The notes under the pieces: model-generated
Told to the model about the DNA's origin: nothing
Database searches by the model: none
Seen by the model: the letters and a program-made list of their open reading frames with translations, nothing else
Made by a program: the position numbers and the translations under genes
Part shown: positions 1 to 9,590 of the stretch, in pieces
How positions within the stretch are numbered: position 1 is the first letter of the stretch
Layout: every line of letters starts with the position of its first letter
Assembly: GCF_009914755.1 (NCBI RefSeq)
Contig: NC_060929.1
DNA length: 64,000 nucleotides
DNA from: the human T2T-CHM13v2.0 reference genome, Homo sapiens
Strand: one strand, 5' to 3'

Positions 1-1069
1 CCACCAGCCTCACTGGTCAACGAATGTGCCTTGTCCAACGAATAATCCATGTCCACACCAAATGCACGTGAGATCTCCCACCTGCCAGTCTTAGCAGCAG
101 AACCACAGCACTGCCCTTCCCGTGGTGTGTCTCAGAGTTTTCTGGGTCCTGAGTGTCTTGAGATCAGAGCCTGTTTTAGCTCTAGTCTAACTGCTTCTAA
201 TTGGAGTAGGGTGCAGGCAGTTTAGTAGGCTTTATACTAATCAATTGTGTCTTTTATACCAAGTTCTCCCCAACCCTTACAGTGGGCCAAGGGGTTGGGA
301 CATTTGTTCTCTTGCAGTGCTCATGGCGAGCACTGGCACTGCTGACCTCCAGATGGGAGCAAAACTGTACAGTAGATGCTGGGTCCTCTTTTTTGTTTGC
401 CTCCCTATTGCAACACCCTATAGTAGCATTTCTTTGTTCAAATCACCTGCATAGCCACATTCCAACAAGCCATGTTCCCATACAAGTGGGACAAGATATC
501 TGAAGTGTTGCCAACAACAGACCTATCACTTCCTTTTGCTTTTCCCTGGCAATTCCCCTATGTACCACAGAGTTTTCCTATTACATCTTTAGGATACACA
601 GGGTCAGTTGAGTCCCTTTCCTCTAGGTAGTGCATCACCCATTCTGCATCTCTGGCACATGATGTTATGGTGATACCAGTTGTTTAGACAGTAACATACT
701 TCCATGTTGGTTAGTCTATGTGGCTTCTACCTTGTGTTTCCCAAGGTCCTGTCTCTAGCTCCTCCGTCTCCTCCCTTGTCGTCCCCTGACCTCTCCATTA
801 TTAGTAGCTAAAATTTAGTGTCCTGCACAGGAGGCATCCAGAACCCTGCTCCAGCTGTGTGGTTAATGTCTATTCTGCCTGTTCAGTGCCTGGCCCACAC
901 CAGCTGTTAATTTTTTGAATATCACCTCTGCATCTGTGACCTCTCTGCACCTTCCTCTCCCCAGCTTCCAAAGAGACCTATTCAGTGTGGTATCCTGGGA
1001 CCTGCTTTGCTGAAGAAGAGAGAAAAAAAAAAACAATTTAAATCACTGTTGGGCCCCTGCTGCTTTCAT

Positions 1070-1174
1070 TTAAGTTATGTAGCCATTCTTGATCTCAGAT
1101 ACTACATCTGCAAATTACAGGAGTTAAACTGCGATCTCTAAGCACCTGCCCCCAGCTCTGAAATCCTATGATTT
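1070..1174 (+). mobile_element. MIR-family SINE fragment
   Basis: MIR core-like 'ctcag...catctgcaaattacaggagttaaact...tctctaag...ccagctctgaaatcctatgatt'. Confidence 0.55.
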
Positions 1175-3072
1175 CATATTATTTTGAGAAAAAGAGAATG
1201 TTAGTCCTAAAAAAGGTTAATGAATGATGACTCAACAATTAATTAAGCTGGTGTTTACTGACTGCCACAATATAGCCTTGGACCCTGTGAGCAACAGAAT
1301 TCTGAACTTGTAGGTATGAAACTGATCTGGGATGCTGCCATTCTGTGACTGTTCCAAAGAACAAGAATAAAGTAGCTGATTCAGAAGACACCTCTAATTT
1401 ACACTATTCCATGCCCTTAAGAGAGGTTATGAAGTCAGAGCCAGACAATCTCAATTTAACAAAAAAGTACTAACAGGAAGAGAATGTCCCTGAATGAGAC
1501 TATACTGATGGCTATTTGTTTGGCAATTTCTAGGCTTGTCTTTTTTTTTTACTGCTTTCTCTTTTTTTGCCCATAGCCCAGATTACTAGATCACATTGTG
1601 TCTATGTGACAAGTAAAAAGAGGCTTTCATCAGAAAGAAAATAAGGAAAGGACTTGGAGAATCCCCAGGCAACTTGTAACTCTCCTCACTTCTGTAGCAG
1701 TTCTAGCTTGCACCAAGGTCTTTTGTGTGCTGGCTCTAAAATGTCAACTGCTCATGGAATTGGGAAACCCGTTATCATGGGTTGCTGTTTCCATTCATAG
1801 GGCTATTACTGAGATGCCAGGGATCCAAAAATTTCCATAGTTTAACTCATACAGAGTGACATGGAAAACAGAAAGAAGCAAAACCTTGTAATAAAAACAA
1901 GTGTTTTTCCTATATAATCCTGTCCTCTTAATTTCACAGTTCCCTAACTCCTGCACAAGGCAGGGTAGCTGGGAAAGAAGATCATGTTGGTATCATTTAC
2001 TGTACAGAGCTTCCAACCTTTAGCTGTTGGGTTGGTTTTTCATTTCAAAAAAAGAACAAGAGAAATGTGTCAGTATCATGTCATTGCTAACAGGGGTTTC
2101 ACACACAGCTGGTTCCTAAGTTGGTGTTTGACAAACAGCTAACTGAATCAAAATATTCACAGAATCTACTTGCAGCTGGTTCTCAAGTCAGTATATTACA
2201 GACAGCTAATTGACTCAAAATATTTGCAGAATCATATTTATGTTGGTTTAATGTATGATTAACAGTCAATGGGCTAAATTCTTAACATCATTAATATTTT
2301 AAGAAACTACTGAGTAGACTTAGAGGGATTCGACCACCTGGGCTGTATGATAAAATAAAATTTATTTTTGTACTGGGTATTTCATGCTTTCTTAAACAAA
2401 CTAGCCTGGTTTTCCCAGGCCTTCTGTTAGTGCCTGAACTTCTGGGTTCTATTGAGCAAGGGTGTTGTAAGAATTACTGCATGTACAACAATGCTGGCAG
2501 CTGCCAAGTGTTCAACAGTCATCAAAAGAACAAATAAGATGCTTATTCATATTTAAAAATGGATACCAAATAACACAGACCAGATGAAAGTGGCACTTTA
2601 TGGAATGAAGCACAACAGTATCTTGGATGTTTTCTCCATTTTTGGTCGGCTCATTTTAGGGAGGCATGAGCTGAGACTAAAGAAGTTCAGAACAAAGATG
2701 ACAAAATTATTATAAACCAGTATGTATTCTGTATATTTTGTTTCAAATCTATGACATTCAGCTAATATTTCTACAGTGTCGATGGGTAAGATGCCATTTT
2801 TCTTTCCTTGCTAGGCAAATCTTGGTACTAGTCCCAAGGGTAGAGTATGACATTTCCGGTTTCACATATCTGGTTATCTTTCATCTCTTTCCAGTCTAGG
2901 GTAGAGTAGTGTTCAACTTGCAAAGCGTTAAACCAAATCACAGAAATTCCCTGGTGGTAATCCTGTAGAACTGAGCTCAGACTCACTCAGGAAAGAAATA
3001 GATGTGTCTTCTTGTTTTGAGGATAAGTGCATAGGACGCTCCCCACAGGGTGAAAAGGGAAGTGGCATATGA

Positions 3073-4305
3073 TTTATTTTTATTTTTAATTGACAGATCA
3101 TTGTATATATTTATGGGGTATACTATGATGTTTTGATATATGTATGTATTGTGCAATGATTATATGAAGCTAATTAACATATCCCTTGCCTTGCTTACTT
3201 ACCATTTTTTTGTGGTGAGAACATTAAAATCTTTGTCAGCAAATCTGAAATGCACAGTACATTGTTCTAAACTACAGTCATCATGCTGTGCAATAGGTCA
3301 GTAAAATGTATTCCTCTTATCTAACTGAAACTCTGTACCCTTTGACCATGTCCTCTGTCTCTATTTCCCTGGCCCCTCTCCACCAGTATATTAGGGTTTT
3401 CTAGAGGGACAGGACTAACAGGATAGATGTATATATGAAGCAGAGTTTAATAAGGGGTATTGACTCACACAATCTCAAGGTAAAGTCCCACAGTAGTCTG
3501 CCTGCAAGCTGAGGAGCAAGGAGCCAGTCCAAGTCCCAAAACCTCAAAAGTAGGGAAGCCGACAGTGCAGGCTTCAGTCTGTGGCCAAAAGCCCAAGAGC
3601 CCCTGGCAAACCACTGGTGTAGGTCCAAAAGTCCAAAAGCTGAAGAGCTTGAAGTCCAATGTTTGAGGGCAGGAAGCATCCAGCACAGGAGAATGATGAA
3701 GGCTGGAAGACTCAGCAAGTCAGTTTATCCCACCTTCTTCTGCCTGCTTTATTCTAGCCATGCTAGCAGTTGATGAGATGGTGCCCATCCACATTGAGGG
3801 CGGGTCTGCCTCTCCCAGTCCACTGACTCAAATGTTAATCTCCTTTAGCAACACCCTCACAGACACACCCAGGAACAATACTTTACATCCTTCAACCCAA
3901 GGAAGTTGACACTTAACATTAACCATCCCAGCAAGCCTCTGGTAACCACTGTTCTACCCTCTATTTCTAGGAGTTCAACTTTTTTAGGTTGTAAAAATAA
4001 GGGAGATCAAACAATTTTTGTCTTTCTGTGCTGGGTTATTTTGCTTAGAATAATATCCTCCATCTTGCCACAAATAATCGAATATCCTTCTTTTAAAAGG
4101 CTGTATAGTATTTCATTGTGTATATGTATATCATATTGTCCTTATTTATTGATTTGTTGATGGACACTTAGGCTGTTTCCATATCTCAGTTATCGTGAAT
4201 AATGCTGCAGTGAACATGGGAATAAAGATATCTCTTCAACAGACTGATTTTAATTTCTTCGGATACATACCCATAAGTGAGGTTGTTGGATTACATGGTA
4301 ATTCT
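3073..4305 (-). mobile_element. Old L1 (L1MA-type) 3' end, antisense, interrupted by an MLT2 LTR
   Basis: T-rich tail at 3073, then L1MA 3'UTR motifs ('ttgtatatatttatgggg', 'tcatgctgtgcaatagg', 'ctctggtaaccactgttcta'); the L1 resumes at 3931 after the LTR. Confidence 0.85.
3387..3930 (-). mobile_element. MLT2A-type (ERVL) solo LTR
   Basis: 'ttagggttttctagagggacaggactaa...cccaaaacctcaaaagtagggaagccgacagtgcag...aagttgacacttaacattaaccatccca' is the reverse complement of the MLT2A consensus; ~545 bp. Confidence 0.9.
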
Positions 4306-4740
4306 ACTGAGAACATACAATTGGGAAAAGACAGTTTCTTCAATAAATAGTTTTGAGAAAACTGGATATCCACAAGCAGAAGAATGAAACTAGACCCTAT
4401 ATTATGCACAAAATAAACTCGAAAGGGATTAAATACTTAAATGGAAGATCTGAAACTGTTAAATTACTAAAATAAAACATAGGGAGAAATTTCCATGACA
4501 TTGGTCTGAACAATAATTTCTTGGATATTGCAAAAGCACGGGCAACAAAAGCAAAAATAGGCAAATGGGATTGCATCCAACGAAAAAGCTCTGGATAGCC
4601 AAGGAAGTAATTAGCAGAATGAAGTGATGATCCACAGAATGGAAAATAACCATACACCTATTTGCAAACCATACATCTAATAAGGGGCTAATGTACAAAA
4701 TATATAAGGAATTCAAACAACTCAATAAGAAAGAAAGGAA

Positions 4741-5005
4741 CTTCCATTCCTGAGTTACTTCACTTAGAATAATGTTCTCCAAGTGGGAGCTAAGCTGTGA
4801 GGATGCAAAGGCATAAGAATGATACAATGGACTTTGGGGACATGGGAGAAGTGTGGGAGAAGGGTGAGAGATAAAAGACTATACATTGCGTACAGTGTAT
4901 ACTGTTCAGGTGATGGGTGCACCAAAATCTCAGAATCACCACTAAAGAACTTATTCATATAACCAAACACCAACTGTTCCCCAAATACCTATTGAAATAA
5001 AAAAA
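4741..5005 (+). mobile_element. Short L1PB-type 3' end with ~40 bp 5' inversion
   Basis: 'ttccattcctgagttacttcacttagaataat' (antisense) joined to sense 'gtgggagctaagctgtgaggatgcaaaggcataagaatgatacaatggactttgggg...ttgaaataaaaaaa'. Confidence 0.85.
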
Positions 5006-5112
5006 ATTTTTAAAACACTGTTAAGAAAAGGAAAAGCCAAAGACTGGGAGAAAATCTTTGCAAAACATGTATCTGACAAAGGAGAACATATACAAACTCT
5101 GTAAGAAGAGTT

Positions 5113-5330
5113 TTGAAAGGCAGAAAGAAGAAGGAAGGAAGGAAGGAAGGAAGGGAGAGAGGGAGGGAGGGAGGAAGAAATGAAGGAAGGAAGGAAGGAA
5201 GGAAGGGAGGGAGGGAGGGAGGGAGGGAGGAAGGAAGGAAGGAAGGCAGGGAGAGAGGGAGGGAGGAAGAAATGAAGGAAGGGAGGGAGGGAGGAAGGAA
5301 GGAAGGAAGGAAGAAGAAAGGAAGGAAGGA
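5113..5330 (+). repeat. (GGAA/GGGA)n polypurine tract
   Basis: Directly visible mixed GGAA/GGGA repeats. Confidence 0.95.
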
Positions 5331-6133
5331 AATTTTAAAAAGGGCAAAGGGCCTGAACAGATATTTCTCAAAAGAAGACATACAAATGCCTACAGGTATG
5401 TGAAAGAATTCTCAACATCACTAATCATCAGGGGAATGCAAATTAAAATGATAATGAGTTATCATGCCATACTGCCTAGGATGGTTATTATCAAAAAGAC
5501 AAAAGATAACAAGTGTTAGTGAAGTTGTGGAGAAAAAAGGAACCCTAGTATACTGTTGGTAGGAAAGTAACTTAGTGTAGCTATTCTGGAAGTACCGTCT
5601 TTTGAATGAACTCTCTCAGCCACTCAAAGCTTGGGACAAAAGGACAGGTAAGTATTATTTGAGGAGAAAACCTGAGAACTATTTGAAGCCTGGAGCTAGG
5701 CTGACAAAGTGGTCTTTAGTATTAAGTAATTGGAGACGTGGGGAGCAGAGAATTCTAAAGAGCAAAAGAGGCACCAGGAAATTTTAGTGACACACTTTGT
5801 TTTAGGTCTGGTTTCCCAGATGTAGTCTCTGGTGGAAGCACATTATGACTTTCATGACCTCTAGACACCCTGATTCATAATCGGTTAGTGAAACACACTG
5901 CTTTTCTGCAAAAGTCAAGATGTGTTCAACTGACTAGAAACAGAAAGGGCAGTAAGAAGCAAGACACAAAGAAGGAAGAAAATGAGAAAGAAGGCTGACA
6001 CCCACAGTGTAGCAGTGGAGGTGACCTGGGATGGGTGATGTACAGCTGACCCTATGGTTTAGGGGCACCTGGAAGTATTGATGCACAGTGCATCCTGTGA
6101 TACTGGTGAGAATTTCGAATCGGTGATGCACAG

Positions 6134-6544
6134 TAGCATGGTTTGGATCTGTGTCACCACCAGATCTCATGTTGAAATGTAATCCCCAGTGTTGAAGATG
6201 GCGCCTGGTGGGAGGTGTTTTGGTCTTGGGGGTGGATCCCTCATGGCTTGGTACTGTCCTCAGGATAGAGAGTGTGTTCTCGCAAGATCTGATTGTGAAA
6301 AACAGTGTGTGGCACCCCCCCCTTCCTTGCTCCTGCTTTCACCATGTGATGTGCCTGCTCCTGCCTCACCTTCCACGATGAGTAAAAGCTCCCTGAAGCC
6401 TCTCGAGAAGGCGAGCAGATGCTGGTGCCATGCTTCCTACACTGCCCGCAGAACTGTGACCCAATTAAGCCTCTTTTTTTTTTTTTTTTATAAATTACTG
6501 AGTGTCAGGTATTTCTTTATAGCAATGCAAGAACGGTCTAAACA
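6134..6544 (+). mobile_element. MSTA/MSTB (MaLR) solo LTR
   Basis: 'atggtttggatctgtgtc...ctcatgttgaaatgtaatccccagtgttg...tttctttatagcaatgcaagaacgg'; 5-bp TSD CACAG at 6129-6133 and 6545-6549. Confidence 0.92.
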
Positions 6545-7296
6545 CACAGTAAACTCTATGATGACAAGGATCAAAAGGGGTCCACCCGAAATGTAGAATT
6601 CAGAGAGGATTTTTAATGGAGCATGCAGCCATCTGCACTTTAATATCATAGTCTCATTTTGGATATGGATGTTGGTATTCAGGAAGGAATGGGCTGCAGG
6701 AATTGGTTTCTTCTGCTGCATCTGAGGATTCCTCAGGTTAGGTTTCACTGAGAAGCCATGGTGGTTCGTTGCAGATATGCATGTTCTAGCCTGGTGCCCA
6801 GTCCGGAGTACATGCGTCAGGATCTGAATCCAGCACTGTGTCTTAATAAACTGAATTACCGTGCACTGTAATAGTGAACTGCAGTCTGCCGGTAGCTCAG
6901 GTCATCTCAGAACAGCCACATTTTTGAGGACAGGGTATGCATCTAGGTCAGAAGCCTTACCCATCAGGAGGTGACCAGTTAGTGGGGGGTTAGGAGCAAA
7001 AATCCAAGTTTCCTCTTTCAAGATCTTTCCTTCACACTTCTCTTGTTCCCTTTAGTTTTTGTTTGTTTAAGAGAATGTCTTGGTTTATAGATGGTTTGAA
7101 ATTCAACTACTTATAAGAGTAATATCTATAATATTTTAAATATTAATACAGTTATTACACAGCATTTTATAATAACTATATTATATAATGCCCATATGTT
7201 ATGTGCATTAGTATATTACTATATTAATATTGATCTAGTATTTTTAATGGAACAGGCAAAACTGTTCTACTGATTTTAAATATAAAGTAAGCCGCC

Positions 7297-7398
7297 TGAT
7301 AGTAGGGTCTTTGGATGTTTGATTCTCTGCTATATCCTATTGGTTAGAATAGTGCTAGGCAGATAATAGGTGTGGAAGAATATGTGTAGCTGAATGAA
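7297..7398 (+). mobile_element. L2 3' end fragment
   Basis: 'tagaatagtgctaggcagataataggtg...aatatgtgtagctgaatgaa' resembles the L2 terminus. Confidence 0.55.
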
Positions 7399-7946
7399 CA
7401 TGGAGATATCTTTCAAGAGACTGTGCTTTCTACAAAATTATATTGATTAATTTCTCAATTCAAATTATTGGCCAAAGCAAATCTGGTAGCTAAAGACAGT
7501 GTAAACTTATGAAAAAATAAGTTAAAGGAAGGGGGAAATGGAAGGAAAAAACAATGCACTATTTGTTTTTTTCCATGACTTTGAAGTGTCTGCTATTGTT
7601 TAGACCAAATATTCTACTCCTTTGCTAAATCCAACCCATTAAAAGAAATCATTTGCTCTGGGCTAAAATGATTGAGATATATGAATTCCAAAGTATATGT
7701 ACTTTCTAAAATTTCAAGATACCACGTCAGGATTGAAAATATTCAGGTTTCTATATCCTCAAACTTTCCTCTGTTTGTTTAGTGTAGCTTTTAGCTGTAT
7801 AAATATGCTAAGAAAAATCAGATAAAATGTTAATTACTTAGGCAATATAATACTAAAGAAAACAAGTGATCATTTACCACTATTTGGCTAAAATAGAGAT
7901 GAAGTAGACATAACTTTACATTTAAAACTGATTTGTTTTAGAGTAA

Positions 7947-8061
7947 TTCACTCATTCCACAGATATTTCATAAGCAACTACTACATGCCACGTAGTAGTC
8001 CAGGTGTTAGGGATGAAAGTGTACAAAACTGTCAAGAATTCTTGCCATTATGAAGTTTATA
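7947..8061 (-). mobile_element. L2 3' end fragment
   Basis: 'ttcactcattccacagatatttcataagcaactactacatgcca...tagggatgaaagtg' resembles the antisense L2 terminus. Confidence 0.6.
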
Positions 8062-8125
8062 AATTGTGTTTTCATAGTTTTATCATAGACTTAAAAATAT
8101 TCAGTGAAGTTACTATCTTCTAGAA

Positions 8126-8190
8126 CAGGAGTCACCAACTTTTTTTCTGTAAAGGGACAGGTAATAAATATAGTGGCTTTGGGGGGCACC
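8126..8190 (+). mobile_element. MER58-type (hAT-Charlie) 5' fragment
   Basis: 'caggagtcaccaacttttttttctgtaaagggacaggtaataaatat'. Confidence 0.6.
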
Positions 8191-8520
8191 CTTTTCACTC
8201 ACCCCCAGGCTAAGTAAGCATTGAATTCAGGGTAACCCCCTCTCAATAGCTTCTCCCAAGAAACAGCCAGCCAGAATGGAGACATTTGCTATGCAGTCTT
8301 CTGCTACTGCACGTGCTCAACACACCACCCCACATCCAGTTCTTTCTAGCCTTGTTAATCCTCTTTATAAAAGACGAGCCCTATCAGCCTCACCCTTGAG
8401 ACACTTCAAGATTTTATGGTTGGGCATTCTCTGCATTGCAGTAGTCTCTCTCCCCCATGACAATTTTGTTTTTGAACAAAGTCTCTCCTTACCTAAATCC
8501 AGATTTGGTTTTTATTTGAG
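8191..8520 (+). mobile_element. ERV1-like LTR fragment, family uncertain
   Basis: TATA-like 'tttataaaag', then 'cattgcagtagtctctct...aaagtctctccttacctaaatccagatttggtttttatttga', typical of an LTR R/U5 end. Confidence 0.45.
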
Positions 8521-8699
8521 AGTTTGCTGACTTAACAAAAGGGAAATTAGAATACTTGCTTTCTCAACCTAGAGCTGCAACCTTCACATCTAACTGACAT
8601 GTCAGAGTGTTCTCTGACCCATGGAAGGGAAAACTTGACTCCCAAGAAACTGAGCAAAGCTGTGAAAAGAAATGAGAATGTGCCCAAAGCGATCTTTCC

Positions 8700-9032
8700 C
8701 TCAGCTTTATAGATGTTAGTAACATTCCTTACTAAGACTCACGCAACAACAATTTGTACAGGATCATGGTACTCTTAAGTTGCAGCATCATTTTGAGAGC
8801 AATCATTTATACTTTAAAGAAAAAGTAATTTTGAGAGTAGATAAGATTTGCTCTTTAAAAGCCAAACATTATCCGGCTTTTCAAAGTACAAATAAAAACC
8901 ACTGAAGCATTCTATAGGTTTTAATTTTAATAAGACAAATGTTGATATATATGTTAAAAAAAAAGTCCTTGTGATTTTCAATAAATTTTAAGAGTAAAGG
9001 GTTCCTGAGGACAAAAAAGTAAGAGTAAACTG
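8700..9032 (+). mobile_element. Charlie1-type hAT DNA transposon end
   Basis: 'ttttaagagtaaagggttcctgaggacaaaaaagtaagagtaaactg' resembles the Charlie1 terminus; left boundary approximate. Confidence 0.4.
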
Positions 9033-9250
9033 CTGTTGTAATCAAAACTTGAGTTGACTGTCTCCAGGCCTCATTGATGGATTTTTTGATAGTTCCTATA
9101 AGGAGTCATTCCCTGTCCGGGCTCTAGGAGACACTCACTGCCTAGGTTTACATTCTTGTAGCTCAGGAAGCTGGTGATAGCTACCTGAGGGATGTGACCA
9201 AAGTCAGCTGGCTTCTTCTTTTGCAGACATCACATTGACATTCTGAGGCT

Positions 9251-9590
9251 TTTGATTGTTATTGTTATTAGTATTATTATTAGCTTTCCAATTATTATTT
9301 CTATTGTCATCTTTTTCTAATTTTGCTTTGTACTTTATTTCTCTCCATTTTTATTTTTTCTTTTTTTTCTTATTCTTTCATTATTCTCATTTTACTTTTT
9401 ATATTTTCTTTTTCTTCATGCTTTTTCTTTTTTGCCTTTAGTCTTTTTATTTCCTTGATTTTTGATTTCTTCTCTTTTGTCTTCTTATTCTTTGTTCTCC
9501 CCTTTTACTTCTGATTTATCTTTTTCTTTTCTTCTCATTCATTTTTTTTCCCTTTTCTTTATATTTTTCTCATTTTCTTCTTCACTTCTT
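9251..9590. repeat. T/C-rich low-complexity tract
   Basis: ~340 bp dominated by T runs. Confidence 0.9.

Larger units (their letters stand above)
4306..5591 (+). mobile_element. Inverted 5' part of the same old L1 (ORF2 3' region), with a nested insert at 4741-5330
   Basis: Sense L1 ORF2 motifs 'gggaaaagacagtttcttcaataaat', 'gggcaaagggcctgaacagatatttctcaaaagaagacatacaaatg'; ends just upstream (in L1 coordinates) of where the antisense part begins. Confidence 0.75.

Noticed and set aside
1-780. Possible ancient ERV internal sequence or exon
   Set aside because: No recognisable motifs, and the ORFs are short and uninformative.
5010-5403. P/S/F/L-rich and G/R/E/K-rich ORFs
   Set aside because: Translations of the GGAA/GGGA repeat.
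5645-5653. Perfect donor CAG|GTAAGT
   Set aside because: Isolated 9-mer with no clear upstream acceptor or coding frame; expected by chance at this scale.
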